In this document: positions 43,592-55,615 of the stretch, piece after piece
Layout: every line of letters begins with the position of its first letter
Numbering within the stretch: position 1 is the first letter of the stretch
Assembly: GCA_020184695.1 (NCBI GenBank)
Contig: JAANOX010000130.1
Location: forward strand, 124,001-188,000
DNA from: Histomonas meleagridis 2922-C6/04-290x
Lineage: Eukaryota > Protista > Parabasalia
Length of the DNA: 64,000 nt
Direction of reading: 5' to 3'
Notes under the pieces: model-generated
The model's input: only the letters and a program-made list of their open reading frames with translations
Told to the model about the DNA's origin: nothing
The model's database searches: none
Translations under genes and position numbers: made by a program

Positions 43592-44731
43592 ATGTTTTCA
43601 GAAACTGAATCTGAAGGCAGAAAATGGTTAACACTTCCTGAATCTACCCAAGAATTAGCTCAAAAAATGTTAAACTTTTTTGATAATGGTTCATCGAATG
43701 TCATCCTTTCACCTTATTCAACTTTTGTGGGACTTATCATGGCATCTTCATTTTCGGGGAACATTTCAAAAATTCAAGTTCTTGAATCCTTAGGAATAGA
43801 CACTGAAATTAGCACAAGCGAGTTATTAGTTTCACTAAAAAACATGATCCAATCAATTGAAAAAGAAAATGAAAGTACTTCCATTGTCAGTGTCAATTCC
43901 ATCTGGCCAAATGAAAATCTGTTCAAAGATATGAGTATTTTCAAACCATTGCTTGAAGTTTTTGATTCCAAAGTTACACCAGTCACATTTCCTCAACCAG
44001 GTCTTGACCAAATTAATCAAAATGTTTTTGAGTCAACGCATGGTCATATTACTAATCTTATATCTCCCGATGCAGTTAATCCTCTCACATCTATAATAAT
44101 CACAAATGCGATATATTTTCGCTCTAAATGGCGTTTAAATTTTGATCCATCGAACACATGCACTGGTTCTTTTACTTTATTTGATGATTCAATTCAGCAG
44201 ATCGATTTCATGAATGAAAGTGGATATTATCCTTACACCGAAGATTCTGCTGCACAAGTTCTTTCCATTCCGTATATTGATAATAATTCATTGATCATTT
44301 TCTTGCCGAAGAGAAATGATATAGAATCATTTAAAACGTTAAGAACCAATTTCCAAAAATATATTAATCAACTTGAATTATCAGACATTAAAATATATTA
44401 TACAATACCAAAGTTTACTCATGAATGGGGCTCAAAATCACTTGTTGAAATGCTTAAATCAATTGGAATCATTGATATCTTCGGGAATTCTCAAAATTTA
44501 TTCTACATATCAGATATATTACATAAAACTTTTATCGATGTAAATGAAGAAGGAACTGAAGCATCTGCTGTAACTGTAGTTATAGAGGAATTAAAAGGCG
44601 AAGAAGATGACGCTGAATTAGATTTTGATTTGGAAACAATCGAGTTTAAGGCTGATCATCCATTTATATATTTGATTAGAAATGAAAATGGATCTGTTAT
44701 ATTTGCTGGAACATATATCATTCCTGAATAA
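43592..44731 (+). CDS. Serpin
   Basis: NVILSPYS, NAIYFRSKW, IPKFT, VNEEGTEASAVT hinge, FKADHPFIYLI. Confidence 0.93.
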   Translation: MFSETESEGRKWLTLPESTQELAQKMLNFFDNGSSNVILSPYSTFVGLIMASSFSGNISKIQVLESLGIDTEISTSELLVSLKNMIQSIEKENESTSIVSVNSIWPNENLFKDMSIFKPLLEVFDSKVTPVTFPQPGLDQINQNVFESTHGHITNLISPDAVNPLTSIIITNAIYFRSKWRLNFDPSNTCTGSFTLFDDSIQQIDFMNESGYYPYTEDSAAQVLSIPYIDNNSLIIFLPKRNDIESFKTLRTNFQKYINQLELSDIKIYYTIPKFTHEWGSKSLVEMLKSIGIIDIFGNSQNLFYISDILHKTFIDVNEEGTEASAVTVVIEELKGEEDDAELDFDLETIEFKADHPFIYLIRNENGSVIFAGTYIIPE

Positions 44732-45075
44732 ATGTCAAAGCTTCGAGAAATTGTTTTTGAGAATGCAATTATTTTTGGTTCTTTTGTTAAATAATACCAA
44801 TAAATTTTTAAGTTTTTTATGAGTAAATAATGTTTTCGAATTGCTTTTAAACAATGTTTTCTAAATGCGATTTTGAAGCAAAAGTTTAAATTAACAATTG
44901 TTAATGTTGAATTTTAAATATTGATGTGTTAATAAAATAATAAATCTTTCACATAAAAGTTATTTATAGAATAATTTCGATTTTAATCTTTAGTTTTTTT
45001 CCAGCAAATAAAAATTAACGTTCACTGCCGGAGAACGTTAATATGTTTCCAAATTGACGGGGTCCGTTTGGTCTT

Positions 45076-45080
45076 CCTTT
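45076..45080 (+). promoter_or_regulatory. CCTTT (motif-5-type) alternative initiator of trichomonad ribosomal protein genes
   Basis: cttCCTTTtcgcacATG lies immediately upstream of RPS19. Confidence 0.55.
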
Positions 45081-45086
45081 TCGCAC

Positions 45087-45536
45087 ATGATTGGAGCCCT
45101 CGCTGGATCAAAAGCAGTCAACGTTCGTGATGTTGCTGCAAACCAATTCATTGAACAACTTTCCAAATATTTCGAAACAAACCACCTCATAGAAGCACCA
45201 AAATGGGCTGATTTAGTTAAAACAGGACATCTCAAACAAATGCCACCATGCTTGATCAACTGGTGGTACATCCGTGCAGCCGCTGTTGCACGTACAGTTT
45301 ATCTTCACCCAGGAACAAGTGTACAATCTCTCCGAAACAAATTTGGAGGAAACAAGAACTATGGTTCAGCTCCAAGACACTTTGCACAAGCTAGTGGCAA
45401 GGTTGTTCGTACCATGCTCAAGCAATTAGAAGAAATTGGATATGTTAAGAAAGATGAAAAGGGTGGTCGTGTTATCACACCAAAGGGCCAAAAGCAGCTC
45501 GATATTATTGCTAAGGAAATTAAGTTACAACAATAA
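45087..45536 (+). CDS. RPS19: 40S ribosomal protein S19e
   Basis: VRDV...PKWADLVKTG...WWYIRAAAVAR...ASGKVVRTMLKQLE...KGGRVITPKGQKQLD. Confidence 0.95.
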   Translation: MIGALAGSKAVNVRDVAANQFIEQLSKYFETNHLIEAPKWADLVKTGHLKQMPPCLINWWYIRAAAVARTVYLHPGTSVQSLRNKFGGNKNYGSAPRHFAQASGKVVRTMLKQLEEIGYVKKDEKGGRVITPKGQKQLDIIAKEIKLQQ

Positions 45537-46038
45537 ACCGATTTCTCTTCTTATTTTCAAATGTGCATTTATTTATTTTCTTTCAAATCCATGCTTTTGA
45601 AAGTTTCAGGCTTCTCTTCTTATTGACTTCAATTATTTTTTAAAAGCTTATAACGACATGTTAAATTTTTGTAAAAAGTTTTATCAGTCTGTTTCTTCTT
45701 GATGATATTTGAATCACTTTTGTCAGCAATAGAATGAATTATCTTACACTTTATTTTTTGATAAACCAATTTGTTCTAAAAATATGCATGAAATTTATGG
45801 AAATATAATGAAATTACTTTTTTTAAACATCAATTTAAACAATTTTATGGTGACTTATATTTGACACGAAGAAGCAAATACGATGATAATAAAAATGCAA
45901 TTTTTTATAATACCATATACATAATAGTTATCCTGTACTATAAACTTGAACAAATGACATTTTAAACTTTGTTACTAAAATATTTAATTTTAAACATTTT
46001 TATTACTAACAATTTATCATATACTATATACGAAACAG

Positions 46039-46935
46039 CTATTCGCCTTGTGTTGCGAACCTGTTCACAAAAGCAGCGACAATAGATGAAATGAGCATAA
46101 CGCCAGAAAACGAAACGTACAAAATGCCGAAGTTTGATGCGCCTGTTGTGTAACTTCGCTTCGATGTGAGGACGATACTCTTTTTACCTCCGAAAGAACT
46201 CACATCGAAGTTGTTCTGTATAATTATCGTAAGGTTCTGCTTGGTGAGAGTGCCTTTTTCTGTCGTAATTCCCCATATTCGGCGAAAAATTGGAAACGCA
46301 GCAGTATCCATCCACATAGAAAAACGGTATCGGACCTGATTACCATAATAGTTTTCGAGCTGCTCGAGCCATTTTTGACCAGTCTGATAAAGATTGTTGA
46401 GATTATGAGGTGATATCCCAACTTCTGGATATCCTGGTCCATCAAGAGACAAGAGACCTTTAATCTCAAATGTGTCATTAAAGAAAGTCATGGCTTGGAG
46501 GCCACATGGTAAAAGCCACTTATTTGGAGATGGATCGTCATCAATTGATCTGTATGGTTTACAGCTAACCATTTCATCATATCTGACATATGTACCCAGG
46601 AGTTGTTTGTCATTTCTAGAGCGAAATGATTTAAGGTGGTTTTGATAAAAACCTTCGATTTCGTACAAAAGAGCAATTGGATACTCAATATCTTGAGTGA
46701 CTTCAATTACGATTTCGCAAGTACTGTTTTTCCCGCACTTTGAGCCATATTCTTCTTTGAATTCAATTTCATTATTATTAGTAAATAAAAAAACAACACC
46801 AATAATTGCAAAAAGTAGACTAAATACGACAAGAATAACGATAAATAGACGAACTGTAATTTCGAAAAGTTTTGATGGAAGCTGTTGAGTTAGAAACAGC
46901 GAAGGAGGGCGAACTTCGTTTCCTTCCCTGATCAT
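46039..46935 (-). CDS. CDC50: CDC50/LEM3 flippase accessory subunit
   Basis: Two terminal TM helices; YEIEGFYQNH...SRNDKQL, PCGLQAMTFFNDTF, WMDTAAFP.FR, GGKKSIVL. Confidence 0.92.
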   Translation of the reverse strand: MIREGNEVRPPSLFLTQQLPSKLFEITVRLFIVILVVFSLLFAIIGVVFLFTNNNEIEFKEEYGSKCGKNSTCEIVIEVTQDIEYPIALLYEIEGFYQNHLKSFRSRNDKQLLGTYVRYDEMVSCKPYRSIDDDPSPNKWLLPCGLQAMTFFNDTFEIKGLLSLDGPGYPEVGISPHNLNNLYQTGQKWLEQLENYYGNQVRYRFSMWMDTAAFPIFRRIWGITTEKGTLTKQNLTIIIQNNFDVSSFGGKKSIVLTSKRSYTTGASNFGILYVSFSGVMLISSIVAAFVNRFATQGE

Positions 46936-47199
46936 TTACATTAAAAGTGTCAGCTTCATGAACCTTTTCAATAAAAAGTACGTTAAATAACCCTCAATCA
47001 TGGCACTTTTATGTACCGAACATCCTCTTCGCTATAAGTATACTGGTATTTTTGAAAATTAACTTCAAAAATGCAAACAAAAAAATGCAGATAATGATTA
47101 AAAAATATTTTTTAAATGAATACAAGCCAAATATTTATTTTCAGTTCTATTTTTTTTCATTTTATGTTTTATAGATTAATAATATTATTTTATTAAAAA

Positions 47200-48816
47200 A
47201 GTGATTGATGACTTAGACATAAGTAATCTTAAAAAGAATAATTAAAAATCCCAATTGGGAACTTCATAAGAAGTTAATTAGAGAAGGACATGATCCGAAT
47301 TAAATTATGAAAATCATTCGAAATGATGAAATAGAAAAATTTCAAGAAATATCATCACAAAGCGATTTTGATTTTAATCAAAAAGTTGAGCCATCACTTT
47401 ATGAAAGATGTTCATTTATCAATCAAAGAAATGTTACATTAATTGATTATGCAGCATTTTTTTCTTCAGTTAAATGTTTTAAATATTTCCTTATGAATGA
47501 TACAGATGTAAGTAATACAGGTAAATATGCAGTTGCAAGTGGAAACATTGAAATCATTCATTTATGTGAACAAAATCATTCATCATTTGAAGATACATAT
47601 GAATCTGCACTTATGTTTCATCGAAATGATATTTAAATATCTATATGAAAATAAATTTAATGAAATCGATTTGAATCACTTAGGAAAGAAATGTATTTCT
47701 TTTTGTAATTATGAAATTTTATCATTTTTACTCAAAGAAGGAATGAAAATTAATGATTTTATTATAAATAAATCAGCGAAAAAAAGAAACATATTTCTTA
47801 CAAAATGTTTGATTAATCTTATACCAAATGATATTTTAGTTTCTTCAGCGAGATCAGGAAATATAGAACATGTTCAATATATATTAAATCAAGAAGGAAT
47901 TGATATTAATGCTAAAGATTTTTATGTGTTTTATTTCAAATCTATTTTAATAATATAGAAATTCAAAATAGTATTTGGAAATTATTTAAATTATTTCAAA
48001 CAGCACTTATATGGGCATCACAAAAAGGTTATACAGAAATCGTTAAATTACTTCTTGAACAAGAAGGAATTTATATTAATGCTCAAAATATTTATATTTT
48101 TTATTTAATATTTATTAAGATAATTTGATATTTCAATATAATATTTGGAAATTATTTAAATTATTTAGGACAGTACTTATGTTAGCATAAGAAAATGGTA
48201 AATTAGAAATAGTTAAATTGCTTCTTGAACAAAAAGGAATTGATATAAATACTAAAAATATTTCTTTTATTTATTTGGAATTTTTTTTGATGATAAAATA
48301 TTTTAAACTAAAATTTGGAAGTAATTTTAAATATTTGATACAGCGCTTATGTTCGCATCTCTTATAGGTAAAACAAAAGTAGTTAAATTGCTTCTTGAAC
48401 AAAAGGGAATTGATATTAATTCTAAAGATATTTATTTGTTTTATTTAATATTTATTTTAATAATTTTATATTTCATAATAATATTTAGTAATTGTTTAAA
48501 TTATTTAATACAGCACTTATGTATGCATCTAGAAATGGTCATACAGAAATAATTAAATTACTTCTTGAACAAGAAGGAATTGATTTAATGCTAAAGATAT
48601 TTATTTGTTCTATTTAAAATTTATTTAAATATTTTGAAATTTCAAAATAATATTTGGAAATTATTTAAATTATTTGATACAGCACTTATATTACCATCTT
48701 ATTTTGACATGATAAAAACAGTATCTGAAAATGATTATGGCCATACAGAAATAGTTAAATTATTTCTTGAACAAGGAATTGATATTAATGATAGCAGCAA
48801 TAATACTGAAGCATAA
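47200..48816 (+). pseudogene. DUF3447/ankyrin gene (locus C), disrupted, with five 77-nt loop inserts (47920-47996, 48090-48166, 48260-48336, 48430-48506, 48599-48675)
   Basis: Frameshift near 47636, an in-frame TAA in repeat 2 (gca TAA gaa) and a 1-nt loss near 48585. The ankyrin segments are otherwise recognisable. Confidence 0.8.
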
Positions 48817-49347
48817 TTATGTTTCCGCATAAACAATTGAGTTAATTCGACAAAAATCGCAAGAAAATAACAAAGATATCAAAAGTAAATAGTTCTGAAA
48901 TGTATATTTGATAAAATATTCGATGAAAATAAAGATAAATGAATTCCACGATTATAAATTTTTTTATATTTGTGTATTCCCTCAACGTAATAAGCCAAAA
49001 TTAATTTTTTAATAATATAATTTGAACACTTGATTAATAATTCAATAAAAATAGAAGATTAATGAACAAACATAACAATATATTATTCCAATTTTATTTG
49101 ATGGCATATCAAATTTTTAAAAAACTATTGTAATATTTTGTAATTAATCGAAATATTGTTATATGAAATACAAACATGTTGAATTGAAGAATTAATTTAC
49201 TCTATGAAAAAAGTAAAAATAAAAAATGAAAAATTACTTCTTAAAACAATTTGTTTTACAATTACATTTTTGTATATTCTTTCCTCAAAGCTAACATTCT
49301 TTTTTCAAGTCTTTCCAAGTATTCAGGCATCCTTGTAATGTAATGTA

Positions 49348-49375
49348 ATATATATATATATATATATATATATAT
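49348..49375. repeat. (AT)14 microsatellite
   Basis: Directly visible. Confidence 0.95.
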
Positions 49376-49458
49376 TCTGTTGAAAACATATTCACATTTT
49401 CTTTATTTAAATATTATTTTTAATTTGATAAACATTTATTTAATAATTATTAAACGCA

Positions 49459-50937
49459 TCATTTCTTTTTCTTCATCAATTCTTTTGTGTTGTGCAGCAG
49501 CACGCCCAAATCCATTTCCTTCTTCACCTTCATATATCTTCTTGTGAATTCCTCGTTGTTTAGTGGGTGCATTTCGAGTAATTTCGGCGCAAGTGAATAC
49601 ATCATCGCCACGATAAAGCATTTCATGAACTCGCGCGAGTCACCGGACGCCAGCACAGAAACCCACAGACGCGTTAAGTCATTTTTATCCACAAAACAAG
49701 TCGAAAACAATTTTTCACAATCCTCTCTCATGAATTCAATTGAATAAACATGTTTCTGGTTAAACAGTTGGAGCAAAACTATGAAGTCTTGCTTTAAAAT
49801 ATCACCTACTTCTTTAAACATTTGTTTAAGAAGTGGTTGTTTAGATGGTCGTATTAAATTCGAAAAGTTATTCTTCTCATAAAAAAGATTAAAAACAGTA
49901 AAAATGTCGGCTTCGACATTCTCTAATGATAATATTTCATCATTAAGAGTTACAACATGTTCTTCATTTGCTTCTTTGATATATGTGATAATGAATGTTG
50001 ATAGAAGAGTTATCAGACCTTCAACATATGATGCATTATCCCAGTTATAAAAAGAAAGAGTAAGAAGGATATTAAAGGATATGCGTTGAACTATTTGAGG
50101 ATTTGGAAAAGATTCGAAAAGTGATGAATATGAGTGAAGATCACGTTCAAGTAAACGAACAATAGATCGTAAATCAGGGTTATGACGCCACTGGTTCTTT
50201 GTTGTTGTTTGCCATTGCTTTTTGACCGTTTTGTAGAGAGAACGTTTATCGGCATCGTATTGAATTCTTTCGGCGGTTGTCATTGAAGCATAACCGTCGA
50301 ACAAGAGGAACTTCCACAACTGAGGCAAAAGTGTGCAATCGATATCGCGATTGTACAGCATGCTTGGGAATTCTGAGTTGGTAATACGGCCATCTGAATC
50401 AAAGAGCAAAGAAAAATCATCTTTGGTAAATTGAGAGATTTCAGATTGTGAGGTAAAAATAAGATTCTGAGATTGAAGATCAGAAAGTAAAATGACTGAC
50501 TGTCTTGGAGGAACTCTAGGGAGAATAGGAACCATATATGAAATAATTTGTGATGTTTCAAGAGAATCAATAAGAAGGACATTTGGATTGAACCTAGAAT
50601 GCTCGAGTCTAGCTTTTTGACAGATGCTATCAAAAAACGTACTAACATCATGGCTATTGTTGAAGTGAAAACGGCAATCAGCATTGGATCCGCGAAGAGA
50701 AATCAACAAGTCATTGTTAGAATCAACTTCTATTAAACAAAAATCACTTAGGTGGTAAACAAAATCTGGAATTTGAGCAATTTTCCGTTTTTCTTCATTT
50801 CCAACTGAAATAAGTTGTTCAGGGTAAAAAGAAACTGAAACATTTCCATTGGTAAACTGGAGCTTGAGGACCCCTGGAGTTTCTTCTGTTCCATCGGGGG
50901 CTAAACTAACATTAATTGTTGAATCAAGGAATGCCAT
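49459..50937 (-). CDS. TBC-domain Rab GAP-like protein (TBC1D15/17/Gyp7-like)
   Basis: LWKFLL...Y..VKKQW...RLLERDLH...ILLTLSFYNWDNASYVEGL...LTRLWVSVL. ATG at 50937. Confidence 0.75.
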   Translation of the reverse strand: MAFLDSTINVSLAPDGTEETPGVLKLQFTNGNVSVSFYPEQLISVGNEEKRKIAQIPDFVYHLSDFCLIEVDSNNDLLISLRGSNADCRFHFNNSHDVSTFFDSICQKARLEHSRFNPNVLLIDSLETSQIISYMVPILPRVPPRQSVILLSDLQSQNLIFTSQSEISQFTKDDFSLLFDSDGRITNSEFPSMLYNRDIDCTLLPQLWKFLLFDGYASMTTAERIQYDADKRSLYKTVKKQWQTTTKNQWRHNPDLRSIVRLLERDLHSYSSLFESFPNPQIVQRISFNILLTLSFYNWDNASYVEGLITLLSTFIITYIKEANEEHVVTLNDEILSLENVEADIFTVFNLFYEKNNFSNLIRPSKQPLLKQMFKEVGDILKQDFIVLLQLFNQKHVYSIEFMREDCEKLFSTCFVDKNDLTRLWVSVLASGDSREFMKCFIVAMMYSLAPKLLEMHPLNNEEFTRRYMKVKKEMDLGVLLHNTKELMKKKK

Positions 50938-51108
50938 TTTAGAAAACTGCTTCAAGAGAAAAAACGCCTGATTTCACTTTTTGATAAAACACATAGAATT
51001 TATTATATGAGATGCATCAAAAAGTGAGCTTTGTAAGGTTTACACCGGGTTTAACACGTGTTGGTAAAATTTTTCTGAGTTTATTTGGCTGGATTCCTTT
51101 TTTTTGGA

Positions 51109-51501
51109 ATGCAAGCAAACACCATAAAATCTGATGAAATCAATAATATACAAGCTTACGATCAAAATGAAGATTATATATCAAAATTAGAGTCACTTGA
51201 AGATATTATTTTTAATATTAATACTCAAAGCATCGATGAATCTGTTTCTGAAGTCTTTGGTTTATTTGATAAAAATTATCCATACACGTTTTTTTGTATT
51301 GTTTGCCGATTATTATATTTTTCATTTTTTTCTCAAATTCGGGATTTTAATGTTGATGCTTGTTTTCTGTTTTTAAAAGAATTTGGAAGAATTTATGAAG
51401 ATATACTTAATTTGCAAATAGAAACATATTTTGCTGATTATATTGTTTCAGAAAGTTCACAAGAATCAAATTATTTATTATTATTTAAATGTAGTAATTA
51501 A
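51109..51501 (+). pseudogene. N-terminal fragment resembling the DUF3447/ankyrin family leader
   Basis: KLESLEDIIFNINTQSIDESVSEVF...FFCIVCRLLYFSF resembles the locus B N-terminus (KLIWNL...MIICQLIYISL). It ends where foreign DNA begins. Confidence 0.45.
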
Positions 51502-51544
51502 ATTAACACAATTACCTATTTGAGTAAAACCATGAGTAAATAAT

Positions 51545-52310
51545 AGTAAATTATTAAATGTAGCATTAATTGAAGAATCTTCTGATAATTCTTTAACTTC
51601 TTTAATTTTACGTGGATATACTTGACACTATACTAAACCATTTTGTTTAACATAAAACTTTAATTCAATATCACCAACTAATCTATTTGTGCATATGTCA
51701 AATGCTTGTAAAGCTAATATATCTTCAAATGGAAGATTCATCTCAAATTCGTTATCATGTTTATTTCCATCTGCAATTGTTTTCAAATCAACATAAGGAC
51801 CACAAACAGATTGAGAATATTATGAAACATTTTCATATAGAGAATGTGTATATTTCCTAGTTTTCTTTTCAGCATTAGGTTTTATTTTATAAAATTGTTA
51901 TAACAATAACCTTCACAAGAACATACAAGTCGTTGATAATTAGTAGAAATATTATTAGACATAATTTGTAATTGATCTAATAATTGATTAGAACTCTTAA
52001 AACCTATAAATATTTTAGCTATAATTACTAGAATTATAAGCTTTTGATAATTGTACAGTTATCCTAATTATATAATTAATAAAATATTCAGTTATTTGTG
52101 AAATCATATGATCATCATGTGTAATTCTTAGTCTAGTTTCTTGAGATTGATTATATCATGCATTTTGATCATGACAATCTTCAGTTCTTAGAAATAAAAA
52201 AACGAGTACCATCATTTTTAGAAATTAAGTCTTTAAGACGAACAAAATAAGCTTCAACATTACCTTGATCATTTTGTTCATTTTTAGATTGCATATTATT
52301 ATAATACATT
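51545..52310 (-). mobile_element. Decayed Maverick/Polinton-type major capsid protein fragment
   Basis: Translated remnants ETRLRITHDDHMISQITEYFIN and YSQSVCGPYVDL...EMNLPFEDILALQAFD...GDIELKFYVKQNGLV resemble trichomonad Maverick capsid proteins (from recall, not searched). Confidence 0.55.
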
Positions 52311-52616
52311 AATAAAAATGAAAATATTTTTTCATAATTTATAAATGGACTGGGGTGTTTGAAATATAATTAAAAAAGGACTGAAAAAATTTCAGTTAAG
52401 TAAAGAACAACAAGAAAAATTTAACAAAAATGTGAAAAAAATGGTTAGAACATTAAATAAATTTATAGGCTAATAAAAATAGAATTTTATAATATAAACC
52501 TAACGATAACATAATATCTAAAGATGTAACAGAAAAAGATAGGAATAAGAAAATATTACAGGATTTAATAAATAGGCTACCTACAAAATAAGAAATAAAA
52601 AATAAAAAAAAAAATA

Positions 52617-53592
<976 letters not shown>

Positions 53593-54195
53593 CAATGAAC
53601 ATATTTTTATAATTATTTATGGCGTGAAGTCTGTGAAACAAATTCAAAAACGGAATGAAGAAAATAGGACGTTCATCGAATTTCGAATAAATAAGGTAAT
53701 CAAATTATTGAGAAAATTGTATAAGTATACGAAAATCAAAAATGATTTTTGTAGCAAGCGGAGCGAGCTGATGGTGGGGTTGGACCCTAGGGTCCCTGGG
53801 ATTGTCCCGACCGCATTATCATATACCTACCGCTAAGCCCCATCTTGCGGGAGACGTTAATGGTACCTCCAGCCAAGATCATACCACCCAGCCGAAACAT
53901 GTTTTGTCACATAAACGGTCTCTTTGCTATTGTAATTGAATACTTTACAAATATAAATTCAATTAATTTTGATCGGTAAAAAACGATACAAGAACGATGG
54001 TTATTTCGTAACATTTTCAAAAAGTGATCGGTGCCTTAGAAACAATTAAAGGAGGTATCTTATTGAGTCAAATGAATTAATCATTGATTAATTATTGATT
54101 GTAATTTAATATAATTAGAATTTTCTATATTTAAAATTAATTTCGATAAGTTGATATATGTATAATTATAATTGCAGATTATATATATTATTATT

Positions 54196-54632
54196 ATTTA
54201 ACCACTTATGAGGGCATTAGAAATAGGTAACATAGAAATTGTTAAATTACTTATTAAACAAAAAAAAAATTATAATTAATTCTAGAAATATTCAATGATT
54301 ATATTTAAATTTTATATTGAGGTATTGATATATCAAAATTTTACTTGAAAATTATTTAATTTATCAAATACAGTACTTATTTTAGCATCTCAGAAAGGTG
54401 AAATAGAAATAGTTAAATTACTTCTTGAGCAAAAAGGAATTAAAATTAATATTAAAAATATTAATATATTCAGTTTATTATTTATCTTAATAATTTGCTG
54501 TTTCGAAATAATATATGGAAATCATTTAAATTATTTAAAACAGCACTTATAGTTGCATCTGAGAATGGTCAAGAAAAGGTAGTTGAATTTATCAAAATGA
54601 AGACGCTTCACCATGAATTAGAAAACTGTTAA
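54196..54632 (+). pseudogene. Ankyrin-repeat 3' fragment (locus D) with 77-nt inserts at 54290-54366 and 54460-54536
   Basis: PLMRALEIGNIEIVKLL, NTVLILASQKGEIEIVKLLLEQKGIKINIKN, KTALIVASENGQEKVV. Confidence 0.75.
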
Positions 54633-54781
54633 TTCATATTTCAATAACTAAGGCCTATTTCAATCCCACTTCTACAAAATGTTTCATATTTATGAAATAA
54701 AAATCTATAGTTATTAATAATATGTTAGTTTTAGGAGATTTTTCTCTCTGACCAGAGTTTCACATCACATGTCATATACAA

Positions 54782-55336
54782 ATGGAAGACGAACAAGAAC
54801 CAAATGAAATTAAAGATAAATCAGGGCTTGTTTATCTTTCATCTATTCCACTTGGTATGAAAGCTTCCAAAGTGCGTTATATTATGAAACAATATGGACC
54901 TGTAAATAGAATTTATCTTCGAAAAGAACCTTTATGGAAGTATAAAAAACGACTGAGTAAAGGTGGAAAAAAAGGAAGAGTTTATGTTGATGGATGGATT
55001 GAATTTGAAAAAAAGTCAGATGCAAAAAATGTTGAAAAAGCATTGAATTCACAGACAACAGGTCTAAGAGGCCGATGGCAATACAATATTTGGAATGTTA
55101 AATATCTCCATGGATTTAAATGGACCCATCTTCAGGAAGCTTTGGAAAAAGAAAGAAAACAACATTTGGACAAATTCAAAGAAGAAGATCAAAAGGCGAA
55201 GGAAACAGCAAAGAAATGGCTTAAATCCACGAAGACATCATTAATTACCAAATCACATTCGAAAGCGCCAAATCTTGAATCAGATGAAACCGAAAGTGAA
55301 GAAGAGGAAGAAGAAATAGAGCAAAATGAAAACTAA
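54782..55336 (+). CDS. ESF2: Pre-rRNA processing protein ESF2/ABT1
   Basis: SGLVYLSSIP...YGPVNRIYL...GWIEFEKKSDAK...WNVKYLHGFKWTHLQE. Confidence 0.9.
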   Translation: MEDEQEPNEIKDKSGLVYLSSIPLGMKASKVRYIMKQYGPVNRIYLRKEPLWKYKKRLSKGGKKGRVYVDGWIEFEKKSDAKNVEKALNSQTTGLRGRWQYNIWNVKYLHGFKWTHLQEALEKERKQHLDKFKEEDQKAKETAKKWLKSTKTSLITKSHSKAPNLESDETESEEEEEEIEQNEN

Positions 55337-55615
55337 ATATTATTAAATATACATAATTGATATTTTAATTTTTGCAAATTGAATTCTGTTTGAAGCAATT
55401 GTACTTTTACACTGAAATGTGCTCAACAAATTAAGCAGAAATTTAAAAAAAGAAACATAATATGAAGAAATGTTATGAAATTATATCCAAAAAAACATGA
55501 ATTTATGATTTCAATTTATGTGATCTTTCTTCCATTAATCTCATACATAGTGTTATGTTTCTAAGTTAAATAAAGAGAGAAATACATTAACATTTTACTA
55601 AACACATAAAAATAT

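Noticed and set aside
48430-48513. Canonical GT...AG intron in the ankyrin insert (ttGTttt...acAG)
   Set aside because: This excision gives the wrong frame (IYFT.. instead of ..TAL), and neither the GT nor the AG is conserved across copies. AT...AC placements also fail to restore the frame.
53776-53795. Similarity of minus-strand TAGGGTCCAACCC to the mariner-like end TAGGGTGTCCAACCC at 60262
   Set aside because: A short gapped match that does not extend on either side; chance cannot be excluded.
53876-53900. GATCATACCACCC resembling the 5' end of 5S rRNA
   Set aside because: No box A/C or remaining 5S helices follow.
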